A DNA stretch of 59,162 bases from Perkinsus olseni. Taxonomy: Eukaryota. The notes beneath the pieces are model-generated. The model was not told the origin of the DNA. It ran no database searches and saw only the letters and a program-made list of their open reading frames with translations. Within the stretch, counting starts at the first letter, position 1. Each line of letters starts with the position of its first letter. This document shows, in pieces, positions 1 through 11,991 of the stretch. Position numbers and translations under genes: made by a program. Location of the stretch: positions 62,001 through 121,162 of the forward strand of contig JABANN010000026.1 of the NCBI GenBank assembly GCA_013115125.1. The letters are read 5' to 3'.

Positions 1-423
1 ATTGAGATCAAACGAGGTGGCGGTCTGAAGAAAGGAAGTGAATGTCCTGAATACTGGGAGCTGAAGACCAAATCCTTGAAGAAGAGGTTCGACTGGGCTG
101 GTGCGTATGGTCAGCTCTGTCTCGGAGATGTGCACAACTTGCTCATCGCTCGAACCAAATGGACCGAGGTTAAGTCGATGGAGTCTCTCACTCGGGAACA
201 GGTCGGGGCTCGTGGCCGGTTCTTCGACCTGTTCGGTCGACTAGAGGCATTACTCATGAGTATTCTAGAGACCGTGCGAAAGCCAGCAGATGGCTCGCAC
301 AGCCGATCCTATGTTGTTACCTGGGACGGTTGGGAGCCTGTGTTGGAGATAAAGCCCCAACGAGCATCGAGAGTGAGCAAGGCGGCGAGGACACTGATTG
401 GAGAGAAGGGCGGTGTACATTAG
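1..423 (+). CDS. DXO/Rai1-like PD-(D/E)XK nuclease paralog 1 (5' end outside the window)
   Basis: Frame 1 is open from base 1 (IEIKRGG...WELKTK...AYGQLCLG...). It is clearly paralogous to the C-terminal half of 2443-3461 (ELKTK, FDW..AY.Q..LGD, LFGRLEA.L, W-DG). No introns seen. Confidence 0.7.
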   Translation: MEIKRGGGLKKGSECPEYWELKTKSLKKRFDWAGAYGQLCLGDVHNLLIARTKWTEVKSMESLTREQVGARGRFFDLFGRLEALLMSILETVRKPADGSHSRSYVVTWDGWEPVLEIKPQRASRVSKAARTLIGEKGGVH

Positions 424-1093
424 GTTTCATTTCAGCTTACGTTGAGTGTCGTCTCGTAGTGTTATACTATTATGCTATTCTGCATTGGAACTCAGTTGCG
501 TTGTTATAGGAGTTGAAGTGATTCGGAGCCGTTACTCCGGCCCACAACAGTGTTGGGGCCTGGGTGTTGGGGGAGGACCTGGGCCTTACATTGGCCTCTG
601 GCTAGAATGGGAAACGCTGTGTAAAATTAACCTTATTAATCCCTATACATCCACGCGGAGGTCATTGCGCGAATGAGTAGGAACCTCACAGTTTGAAGGG
701 ACATGCCCAAGTGACGCCGAATCGTTGACGCGATAATTTCACGAGGGACCTGTCCCCTCGTGGAATCATCGTAAAGCGCCCTTCGCGATTTTTAAAGGAA
801 GATCGTATCCATTAGGATTGGACCATCCCAGGTGTATCGTTAGACATGCCAGCCCGGTGTGAACTGAAGAGATACCTGTTGATTACGTTAATAGGGCCGG
901 ACCGACCAATGCCCGTTTCGACACTTTCGTGGCGCGGCTCTGCCTCAGATCGCAGGCGCAAGCCCGCGCCACTCGATCTTACCTTCTCGATGCATACGGA
1001 ACATTCAACTTGGTCCAACGACGACCCCGAGGAGCATTCCTGTCTTGGCTGGGGACTTAAGAAGTCCCCAAGAAGAAGGATAATCGTCGAGGT

Positions 1094-1645
1094 GTGCTCC
1101 GTAAAGGAAGTTTAATACTACGATTAGCCCTCTTCGTGGTATCATTAGTGGCCTCCATCACGATCGGTTCATCCCCTGTATGGATACCTCACACGTTGAA
1201 ATTATACCAGGCGGGGACTCTCTCCCTCACGGTCGAGAGCTTGGAGATTATTGGCCCTTTCGATTGCGTTCTGTTCAAGTTGAGCAACGACTTCTGCGTG
1301 CACGGTCAGTCGGTCCTGAATGTCACGTATGACGGTTGGGAGCCAGTGACAGTTGCCTACGCGTATGGGCAGGTCGTTAGTCCTGGCGAAGAACTGGATT
1401 GGGCAACCCTCTCCTTCCCCAAGTTCCGAGTTCCGCCTGGAATGAGAGGGATGATTACTGTTCATTCGTTCCTTGTGGTATCGCACAGGAAGGCTTACAT
1501 TCGACAGATCAGGGGGCACGCTAATGCATCCCATAAGTTTGGGCCTTTCTTCGGGCGTTTGCCGCCGGTATTAGACGAGTATCGTGTTTTGGGTACGGAG
1601 ACCGTCCTCGGGCCGGACAACTTGTCATGGAGTCCTATACCATGA
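1094..1645 (+). CDS. Hypothetical protein, hydrophobic N-terminus (possible signal or anchor)
   Basis: 183-codon uninterrupted ORF with an LILRLALFVVSLVASITIG hydrophobic stretch. No recognisable motif. Confidence 0.35.
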   Translation: MLRKGSLILRLALFVVSLVASITIGSSPVWIPHTLKLYQAGTLSLTVESLEIIGPFDCVLFKLSNDFCVHGQSVLNVTYDGWEPVTVAYAYGQVVSPGEELDWATLSFPKFRVPPGMRGMITVHSFLVVSHRKAYIRQIRGHANASHKFGPFFGRLPPVLDEYRVLGTETVLGPDNLSWSPIP

Positions 1646-2442
1646 TGATGGCTGTGCGCTCAACACACTTCGATGTTTTCGGAAAAGTTGTTTCTTTGCA
1701 GGAAGTTTCGCCTCACCATGTACTATTGATAGAATTTACGTTTCCCTATGCGCTGAGATTGTAGTTTGAAAGCAAGCGTTTAATACGTGAACGCCTCCAA
1801 GGGGCAAGTTGCGTCAATACTAGGGATGAGTCGATGCGTTGCCACCCGATTCCCCAACACTTTCATGAACCCCGTTACATTCTTTTTTTCTAAAAACGAC
1901 TTTCATCCCGTGGAACTGGTCCATCCCAATATCCGTGAGTTAGATTCTCGTTTCCCACGAAACGAGAAATGAGACTGAGCGAAACTTTCGTTCAGACTCG
2001 CACCTTCCATAAAGTCACCGACTCCAGTAGAGTTCGGGTCACTCCAGTGCTCCTCACCAAGATATAGCTTAGTAAACTCAATTTCGTCAGCACGCGCGAT
2101 AGTAGAATCAATTTCGAAGAGACGCTCGCCGGCACGCGCGAATTATGCCCAATCTCGACGAGATGCGGAAACCAATTTCTCTGGTGGCATGTTCAATTTC
2201 GGTACAGTAGCGTACTCCGATGTCTGACAGTTGCAGGCTGCCCGTTTAGCCCATCATCATTCCGAATCCAGGTCGCAGCTTTTTGAGTTCACCGTCACGT
2301 GTCGCTAGAATAACTGATTGAAGTTACACTGTATCCGAGCGACGCGACGTGATCATCCGAGTATCGTTTAGGCTCCTGACTAGCAAGGCACGTGGGGCAG
2401 TAGATTTTTCATCGTAAGCAGAGTTGTCACTCATCCCTAACT

Positions 2443-3461
2443 TGATGTCCTTCACGCGTCTAGATCGTATCAGCTCTATTGATATCAAACCGACCAAGAC
2501 CGACGGGCCGACTAATCCTGTCGAGACAGACTCCTACAGCTGGTACCGTTCTTCAACCGAAGAGCATCCGAGGATCGTGGTGCCTGGTAGGCCGGCCTCT
2601 TTAAAATCCGACATTAAGGTTGCGCGTGATGTCCCAACTTTAGACTTCGATTCCGGCCTCTACGTCGCTGATGAGAATCAGTTGAATCAGCCCGACTGCC
2701 CCATGGAGTCTGTGTTCCAATCGGTCCACGTTCTCAATCCGGGCTTCGATTGGCAGGGGGTGGACGTAGTCACGGACAGGACTAACCTGAGGCAGCTAAT
2801 AGGCTTCCTCATCCCCAAGAGGGTGGACTCTTCGGGCGCATTCGTGATCGACGTCGACGTCGTAGACAACACCGTTGTCTTCACTCGTACCGGTCCTACC
2901 AGAGCGAGATGTTTCGGCTGCGGGCATCATTTTGAGAGGGCAATGACAACAGATGAGGCCGACGGCGCCCTCAGAAGAGTGGTATCCTTCGAGCTGGGTA
3001 CTCTGAAATTGGTGGTGAGGTCCGAAGTAGATGCTATGCAGGGTGGACTATGAGAACCCAATGATAGCCCAGCATGGACGAAGCCCGATGACAGCATACT
3101 GGAGGTGGCCCGGTCGGGAGGGCCACTCGAAGGCACGAAGGGGAACTTCGTTGAGCTTAAGACCAAGAGCGTCCGTAGAGAGTTCGACTGGGTGGAAGCC
3201 TACACCCAGATGGCCCTGGGTGATACTGATGTGTTAGTGTTAGCTCGTATACATGTAAAGACTGTTGCCTCACTGCAGAGGTTTAATCGTCAAGAAGTGG
3301 CCCGTGCCAAGGTTGACAATAACCGACTCTTTGGCAGATTGGAGGCTCCACTGGCCGCGATTCTCTGCGTAGTTCGCCCAAAGAATCGTCCCGGAGAAGA
3401 ACGCTCCTTCGTTATCGAGTGGGATGGCAACTCGAGGGATCTCCATATCCGTGAAAACTAG
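2443..3461 (+). pseudogene. DXO/Rai1-like decapping nuclease paralog 2, interrupted by one in-frame TGA (3051-3053)
   Basis: ORFs 2424-3053 and 3105-3461 are in the same frame. Motifs occur in DXO order: DVVTDRTNL, GHHFE, EVD, ELKT, AYTQ. Intronless. Confidence 0.65.
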
Positions 3462-3513
3462 CTGAAGCATCGAGACTGTCCCTAGCCGCAAGGGATTTGA
3501 TAAAGCCGCTCAA

Positions 3514-3664
3514 AGTGGAACACTGAGGGCCGAGGCCTTGTGGTTATCTCCACCTCTCTTAAGCCCCTGTGAGGCCCTAGGCGCGGTCTTTGCAAGGCTC
3601 CTTGTGAGGCGCCGGCTCTAACAAGGAGCCCTAAGAGTACCATAAGGGCACTCTCGGTTCCACT
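3514..3664. repeat. MITE-like or structured element
   Basis: 8-bp terminal inverted repeat AGTGGAAC...GTTCCACT, an internal 10-bp perfect stem GGCTCCTTGT/ACAAGGAGCC, and repeated C(C/T)TGTG(A/G) units. Confidence 0.35.
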
Positions 3665-3801
3665 AGAGTTATGTTGACTTATTAGTAATCAATCTTTTCT
3701 TAATGTACCTCGCACTTGTGTTACTCAAGTCTAATAATGCTGCAACAAAGAAACACAACAAGAAGTCGGAAGAGATCATGAGGTCGCTTAGCCGAACACC
3801 G

Positions 3802-4681
3802 TCAAGCATCTGTCAGCGCCCACCACGCTGTCAAGACAACTGCCGTTATACAGAGGTTGTCATACTTGCCCCCGATAGCTTCCACCATTGCGACAATCAC
3901 CGCCACCTGACATCATAAGATTCCTAACGGTGAGTCGGCCGGAGCTCTAGGAATTACCAGCAGGCGGGAAAGGAGTCCCACCGGGGAGTGAAGTGTAAAA
4001 AAGGCGACTATCAGCACAGCGGCTGAGCCAAGGACCGTCTTCGAGCCAACCCATGGTGGGTTGAACCTTCCGGAGGTCTATATGGGAACCACGTTCGAGA
4101 GTCATCTCGCTCGGGTATGCTTCGAGTCGCCCATCGACCCACAACAGCTCCCGCGGGGTCCGCGAAGAACACTGGTGCAAGAACAACTACTGGAAGCTGC
4201 ATATAGTACCAAAATCTAAGAAGGGACAACTGCAGCGCGTTGGCGATGAGGACTCACCCGACGACTAACAGGTAAATAGTGATTCCGACGTCACCGTAGA
4301 TACCAAAACGCCAGTTGGGCAATTTTGGGGTAAGCTCCCAAGTCATGGTCAGGCTCACAACTACCAGGGCATAAATGAAAAGACGATTGATGATGTACCT
4401 TGAGGGACCAGAGCTGTTCGGGTAAACGAGGAGAGGGTATCAACACCCACTTAGAGTTGAGACAAAGCATGAGTAAACCCGTACCAGCGTGACACAGCTT
4501 CCTCGCTGCGAAGTTCGAAATGTGTCGCTTGTCGAACTGAAGTGGACTGTACACTGCGTAGCAAGCACAGATCTGAAGTCACCTGTACGACTAACAGGAA
4601 GACTCCCTCCAGAGCCATGAGCAAGACCCCAACTGGTACGGGGAGGTCGATATCGGGGACCAATGATACAGTCGTCATCAT
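3802..4681 (-). CDS. CTP-dependent lipid kinase-like membrane protein (phytol/dolichol/DGK1-type), copy 1, spliced
   Basis: Exons give MMTTVSLVP..., ARKLCHAGTG, FFADPAGAVVG and EAIGGKYDNLCI...TDA*. The RKxxH, DxxxAxVG and DNL motifs typify this family. Confidence 0.7.
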
Positions 4682-4982
4682 GGCCTTTGATGAAAAGCTG
4701 AAGAATGCCCCGTCGCTTCGCCAAGCAGCACAACGCACGTAGTTGTGTTAGTTGTACATTGAACGCAGGACGCTGCCGTGAATTGACACCGAGCGGTGGT
4801 TGAATGACAAACCAGAGAATATTAAACTCGGTGCGTAACAGCAGCTCCGATTGCCACTATTGTTCGATGGTCGTAAGTATCATCAGAGCGGATAAAGTGA
4901 GAGCTTCGCTTCGCTCCCGAAATGAAAAGAAAATCTTCAACCCTCAGACTGTGAGCGGGCAACGAATCGCATGAGAAGAGTC

Positions 4983-5855
4983 CTAGCCGCCATAGAGAAA
5001 CCAGGCAGCGATGACAGCAGCTGTTATGTTGATATTATCATACCTGCTGCCAAGGGCTTCAGCGACAGCGATGACCAGAGAGACCTGACGAGAAGAAAAG
5101 TTGTGGAGTGTACGGACTCCGTCAAGGGGCCCACCAAAAGCCTGGGGAGCATAGAGGTCGGAGTGTGTAGACTGACGAAAGCGACCGTGAAGACAGCCGC
5201 AGAGCCTAGGACTGTTTTCTTGCCGATCCACGGAGGATTCAAACTGCAAGACAAATCGCTGATAATGGCGAGCTTGGAGGCAGCGGGGTACCTTGGGATG
5301 TTGGCCGATGCCCACTTTCCCACAACGGCACCGGCCGGATCAGCGAAGAAGACCGGGGCGAGCACTGCGATGGGAAGCTCCATGAAGAACCAAAATCTGA
5401 ATGGATGATAGAGTAAACGAGAATGTTCGGTAGGGCTCACCCGACGACGAGTAGGTAGATGGTGATGCCAGGATCTTCGTAGGCGCCGAAACGCCAGTTG
5501 GGTATGCCCGGTATCAGAGACCAAGTCATGGCGAGGCTTAGGGCAACCACTCCGTAAATATAGAGTCGATTGACGAACAGGCTGCATGAAAGGAAGGCAG
5601 TCCAGTGACGTCAAGAGGGATGGCTGCTTACTGCGGAGTCAGGAAGAGCATCGCGAAGCCGCTGCCAGCGTGACACAACTTCCTAGCCGCAAACAAGGAG
5701 ATATGCTTCTCATCGAACTGAAAGAGGAACTCCAGGAGTTGCGCAATGTTTGGTATGATAACCTGTAGCATAAGGAGGAAGAGCCCCTCGATTGTCATGA
5801 TTGCGAGACAGGTGGTCACCGGTAGTTGAATCTCGGGGATGGTAGGCACTTCCAT
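4983..5855 (-). CDS. CTP-dependent lipid kinase-like membrane protein, copy 2, spliced
   Basis: MEVPTIP..., ARKLCHAGSG, FFADPAGAVVG, GKKTVLGS, EALGSRYDNI...YGG*. Confidence 0.72.
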
Positions 5856-6205
5856 AACAATTTACGTAATAATAGGGTAAAAACTATCGTCCACAAGACC
5901 GAATGAGCGAAGCGTCCGAGCCCTCCCGGTGGGACTGTTGTGACGCCGACGACGTGACGTAGAGGTGGCCCATCGACCGCGAGCTTCTGGACAGACCATC
6001 TCGGGCAAATTTGCGAAGATTTCTAGTGTGGCATAAAGGACTGAGGTCTCCAGTCGCTCCACTAGAGTTCCTAGATGAATGATTTCCTGGTGATGCCCCC
6101 ACTCCGCATGCCGTCTCAGAATGCTCCATGATTCGCAACTGAGAACGCAACAGTGGGAAATACACGCCGGGAGAAAACGCGGAATAGTGTACTGGACGGC
6201 AACGA

Positions 6206-7937
6206 TCAATCAGCTGGGAAGAGACGCCAGGCACTGATCACCACCAGGGCGATATACAAGTTGTCGAACTTCCCGCCGAATCCTTCGACAAGCATTGTTG
6301 CTAAGGAGGTCTGAGAAAGATACACTAATCCAAAGGTCCCGGGTTCAACCCCAGCGAGTGTGTTTTCTTATCCAATAATATAATGAAAAGAGCCGTAACT
6401 ACCCTCGAAGGCGCTAAGAGGCTCGGAAATTCAGATTACCGAGGCGTGATAAGCTGGGCTGACTGCACACGGCCCAACCGTGGATGCCTAACGAAGCTAG
6501 CAAGGCAGTCCTCCTCGTAGACAACAATTGAAGCGAGAGGCGGGAATAAGGCAAAGTCAGGATGACACAAACGATTGCTCTAGTACACCTTAGAAGGGTC
6601 GTCGTACCAGGAGTCGCGGTAAGAATGCAAGAGGTCTATAGAGTGTGAGGAAGGTGACGACGAATACTGCTAGGGATCCTATTACGGTCTTCTTGCCAAC
6701 CCAGGTTGGGTTATACCTAACAATACTGAGTAGTCACATAGTTGCTGTATATCACGGTAATATCAATCATGATGGTTTGACTGTCCTAGCGCTAACCCAA
6801 AGACAGTAAGTAACACCCCACCGAAGGAAGCAACTCTGAGTCCTTTGAGAAGGGCTAACAGAATTCTCAGCCATGGTACATACTTAGGTAGATTCCTGGA
6901 GGCCCACTTGCCAATAACGGCTCCGCTAAGGTCAGCAAAGAATATAGGTGCAAGTACAGCTACTGGATACTCCGAATAGAACCAGAACCTGACAACTCAT
7001 CAACGTAGAAAGACGTCATGTTTCGACGTTATACCACCGATCGGTCGACCAACGGCTTATCCACAGGCGGCAACGCCTCCATCAAGGTACGCTAGGGAAG
7101 GGCTACTCAGGCGAGCGCCCTCCACAAATCTTAGGTCACTTGGATGTCGTCAATTGCAAAAATCCGAGCTTTTCAGCGAGCTCGAATGATTGTTCTTCCA
7201 AAACTTCGCAGTCCGATAAAAGAGCAGAGGAATCAACGGCAAAACTCCGGTGGTGAGTCCGGGATTGGTTGACGATCTCTGAGGGCCCACGAGAGGAGTA
7301 CTACCCTACAATGATGAGGTAAACTGTGATGCCAATGTCACCAAAGTCGCCAAAACGCCATTTAGGTAGGGCAGGCACCAACTGCCACGTCATTACTAGT
7401 CCAACGATAACCACTGCATACACGTAGAGCCGGCAGAGTAGGTACCTGAGCCAGGCCCCGTCGCTGAGCAGCTGCTGTGCTGTAGAGGCCTACTGTGGTG
7501 GTAAAAAGAGCATCATCAGTCCACTCAGTGAGTGGCACATCTTTCTGGCTGCAAAGTCGGAAAAGTGCTTAGTATCAAACTGAAAATAGAATCAGTTGAT
7601 GAAACAGTAGAGCCCATTGGTTGTGAACACTCGCCGAGAGAAGCAAGCATTGATACCAGAACTCTCGAGAATATCGTGAGAGTATCATAGTGACCAGCTA
7701 GAGGTGTCAGAAAGTGGCCCATTTTATCACTGGGCCTCACGATTGAGTTCATCCAACCACAATTGATGAAAAAACGGTCAGAGCAACTAATATGAAAGAT
7801 TTCGGAAATCCAGCAGCGCTCGAATCTGCACCGCGTCCCGTTAGTACCTGTAATACTAGGAGGAACAGTCCCTCGGCTGCCATCAAGGCCAGGCATCCTT
7901 GCGGTGATAGAAAGGGTTGGGAGAGAGGGGCCATCAT
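6206..7937 (-). CDS. CTP-dependent lipid kinase-like membrane protein, copy 3, spliced with longer introns
   Basis: First exon MMAPLSQ...EGLFLLVLQ; later exons FFADLSGAVIGKW, GKKTVIGS and EGFGGKFDNLYI...PAD*. Confidence 0.65.
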
Positions 7938-9179
7938 TGTGAAAAACAAGGTTGAGTAAGGTGGCTTTCTGCGAAAACTACCAGGGCGTGCGCGATTGAC
8001 GTTGGAGTATGAAAAAACAAAGTGAGAACGTGGAACAACAGGGAGGAGTCTGAGGGAACAACAGCCATGACCTGTGCTCTATATAAGTGGGCTTTCTGAT
8101 AGAGTTGTCTCTCAATAGTGTCGGTTGCTGTGAAACGGAAAAGTCGGCAGGTAGTGGCATATTGATGGTCATCTACTGCACTCTTGAGTGCCCAGCCGCT
8201 CATAAAAACGGCTGCGTTTGCTTGACGATCGTCCATCCCTATGTCTGTCTTCCCTTCGACTAATCGAATCCCTCCGCAGCAGGGTAGCGAGTCTGGCGTA
8301 AGGCGACCGAACCGATGTGTGCATAACCTTTGAGTGGTATCAGGCACGGCCCGCCAACTTGTACTTCGAGAGTGGCTCCCTGGCCGATTCTGAGTGGCCC
8401 CGGCCGTGTACTGGTCATCATGCGGAAGAGTAGGGTTGATAATGTGACGGCCTACGGAGCATCTTCCCTGTTAGGCAACGATGTACCACTGATACCACTC
8501 TGGACCGCGGTAATCGTCGTCGTAGGATTCGAGGTGCCGAGCTTGTTATACGGCGGCCTGGACCGCTACGACTATCGCCTCCCGAAGATGAAGCCGCCCA
8601 CGCAGTGACGATCCCTGTGGAGAGGACTTGCAGGGTTAACGAGGATTCTCTGACGAAAGAGTGCGTCGATGATCTCGCGGATGACAGTGCTATTCTTACA
8701 CCAAGTAGGAATGGTTATTACTACTGCTCGGTCGAGGTCAAGGGTGGCGGATGTTTCCATAGAATTACTGCCGATCTTAATTTCACTATTCCACGTATCG
8801 TGAAGCTTTTGAAGTTTGTAATAGTCTATTGCAATTCATTCGAGATTGAAGAATTCCCGAGGGTGAATTGAACCTACAACCTGGCGGTGGAGTGTCTAGT
8901 GCTCTACCAGCTGAACTATCCGCGGGCTTGTGGTTGTAGGTACTAGCACCGACTCTCCCGTATCGAGCAAGGAAGGCAGTTTAAGAACCTCCATGCTGGA
9001 GTGCCTCTTGTTCGAGCTCTCATCCTCGTCATCATCCGACTGCGGTGCCGACGAAGTCCTCTTTGACGGTTTTATATCAGATGATGACACTCACCGTCGA
9101 ATCGATTAATTACGTCCTCGACTTGTCTGTGATGATGCTACTCGATGATGCAAGGGCCCTGTTATCACAGTAGCATCAT

Positions 9180-9823
9180 TATCCATTCTCGGAAGAGATG
9201 CTGGATATTGATTGAAAAATTATGAGCGATCGTTTGGGCCTTGCTTGTGTAGTAGTTGCCGCCTGATTACAGGCCTCCCCCGAATTCACTGCCTGGCATT
9301 GTGCATATTATATAACCATCTACGTTTCTTGTGTTTGCCAGTTTACAACCGCAACAGTGAACACAATCTCATAGAAACGCAACGTAACGGAAATTGCTCA
9401 TGCTCATCACTTCTTCGCCTTGGACGTCTTTCGCTCCTTTTTCCCTTCGGCACTCTCATACCCAGAATTCGCCCGGGCCCATCGGCCGTTCTTTCGGTCC
9501 CAAATAACGCTGAACCTGCAGGGTATAAGTCTGTCAGCACGGAAGGTTGTGTTATAATTCCTCACTTGTACTGCCCATCCACGAAGACGCCGTAGAGCCT
9601 ACCGCGGTCACCATAAGTCATCAAAAACTCCTCTACGGGCTGGCCAGACTTGTACGCGAACTCCACCCGATTGCCGAAAGCATGGTAGCTGGTCTGTAAC
9701 CTGTAAAACACCTGGTCGGTCTTCTCATCGATCACTATCGACTCACCTGGGTGGTTTTATGTTCGTCCCATCAGACTTCATCCGGGAGGCAAGCTTCACT
9801 TCACGGCCCTTCATCTTCGTCAT
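9180..9823 (-). CDS. Hypothetical spliced protein
   Basis: Coding-like segments separated by short GT-AG introns (MTKMKGREVK...; YHAFGNRVEFAYKSG...). No family recognised. Confidence 0.3.
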
Positions 9824-10059
9824 GTCCAACAAGCTCAGGTTGTCATCTAACAGCACGTCGTCATTTAACCTTGCGGAACACAGTGGCGAGATTTCAGGCG
9901 AAAAAACAAGGTTTGCCTGAGATACCGAGCCACGGTGAGCGGTATACCAAAACGAGACTGAGTGAAACTACATTATCGTTAAGAGACTTGCGTTTGCGAA
10001 TATTTCAGTAGCGGAGCAAAATCGGTCACCAGGGATCGAGCCTCGATCATCGATGACTA

Positions 10060-10690
10060 TCAGAGCTCTATGGGGTATGTCCTTGTGAGAATCTCACCAT
10101 CACTTTCGCCCTTCTTTTCAACCTCCTCATCAGCTTCTCGATCATCCACAAACCGGTCTCTCGGCGCGTCACAATTCTCCTTATCCGACCAGGACTTCGA
10201 ACCCTTCTTCGGCCGGACGCCATTCTTCATCAACTCCTGGACAGCGGACACTAGGTCACTCTTCTCGAAACACAGCTCCGCCTGAAAAGACTCCGACTCC
10301 CTCTTCAACAATCACCCAGCCCCTCCCGTGCTGCGTTCACTCCACTGGCGGAACATGAAAAAGCGCTAAGAAGCATTGTCAACACCGCCAAATGAACACT
10401 TCTCCGTCGAGCTTTGAACTTGCTCAACGAATTCACCGCGTAGTTGAGTTGCGATCGCCGCGATGATGGATGCGCACCTTGCTGCCCATGCCGCTGTCCT
10501 CCAACCACTGTTTGAGCTGGGTGGCCGACCACGAGGAGACCGCTCCGAGCTCCTCTGCTGTTGCTGCGGGCCCTGAGGCTGTCCCGTCGGTAGCATCTAC
10601 TTTTGGACCAATTTTGCGGCGCGTAAAGTTGACGGAAACTCACCGCTTTCCCCAGTGGCGGCGGGGCCTGCTCGGTTGGGAAGGCTCAGT
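10060..10690 (-). CDS. Hypothetical protein C-terminus with SAP-like helix-loop-helix
   Basis: WSATQLKQWLEDSG followed, after an intron, by CFEKSDLVSAV, resembling the CxEKxDLV SAP-like motif. The 5' extent is unresolved. Confidence 0.35.
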
Positions 10691-11991
10691 TTCATATCAG
10701 ACAAGATCTCGTATCTGGATGAAGATGCTGTTTGACAGTTACACGGGATTGTTAAGGTCGTCATTGCCAGGTACACATCATCCCGAATCCGCGGTACTGC
10801 GATGCGAGCTCCAACAGCATCACTTAATCCGGTACGTCGGAACCGTGACTATCGTTGTGGAGTCAGTGGAGGATCATCACTCTAATATTTCCATCGAGGT
10901 TGGAGGTACATCTAATGCGATACACGAGCAGGATGTGCGAGAAATTCGGTATACAAAAAGGCGCGCTACTTAGCAGGACGACTTATGCTACGATGGCACC
11001 ATCCGACCCCGTCCTTGCTCACCGATGTTTCCGGTCGTTGAAGACGAACCAAGGCTCTGAACTCTTAGTCAGATCAAAGGCATTGGCGCACTCAGGATCA
11101 TCCAGGAAGGCATAGCACAAGTTAGTGTCTCTTAGTTGAGAATGCAGCTTCCAGTCGTTAAACCTTCCAGTCACAAAGGGTGAGCACACAAGACGACGGA
11201 AGCTCTAGCGATTCGCTACACTCCGGCGGCCTGCCGGAGTGACATCAGCAACTACGAGGCGTTCCATCACAACACTAAGGCAACTACGGTATCATCATCA
11301 TCGGGACCCGAGGAGCCCGCCACACGACGCTTATGATGAGCGAGACGCATCAAGGGCCCAGGTTCATTCACGTTGATTCTGAACTACGGACGAGATCCCG
11401 TCCACGGACGGGATCAACTAATTCCCTCATTCCACTAAACAATACATAACTCATACTTCGAGTACCCCATACTGAGTGGAGCGAAGCTCGAAGTGACCCA
11501 CCTCTCAGAATAGTAGAGGAACACTGGCCATCGCTCATTGCCCGACATCCTCCTGTACGCCGGTCGGCCATTGAAAATACCAATACGTTTATATGTACCT
11601 TCCAGGACAGCATCGATGAGTCATAAACTCAGCCTAGCAATTTCTACCATTTAACAGCCCAGAGTGATAGGTGTGCGAGGTGGAAATGTCCACTATGGAA
11701 TGCCCTGCTGTGGCCTTGGGCTTGCGGTCTCGAGGGTTCATATTCTGAACAAGAAAGACGGAGCTCCAGGCAGATCAGTTCAGGGCTGAGCAAGGTTGAA
11801 TGAGGATTTGCTGGGCCGAGCCACCCGAAGAGAGGCTCATCAGTGATGAGTCATCACCTCATCTGTATAAGGCCTAGCATGAGCCCTCCTGGCGTTTTCT
11901 CTTTCCCTTCTCCGCTCCTTAGGGCTGTTGTTTCTACGTCGCTCGAAGCTGACCGCAATGCTGCTGACGACCAAGATAGTGCTAGGAGCGC

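Noticed and set aside
325-1344. Shared GACGGTTGGGAGCC (DGWEP) between ORF 1-423 and ORF 1094-1645
   Set aside because: Only 14 nt exact, and the surrounding proteins are not alignable. Cannot be distinguished from chance.
3051-3053. TGA as selenocysteine
   Set aside because: It falls in a variable linker rather than a Cys-type catalytic position, and I found no convincing SECIS (RTGA...AA...GA with a paired stem) downstream.
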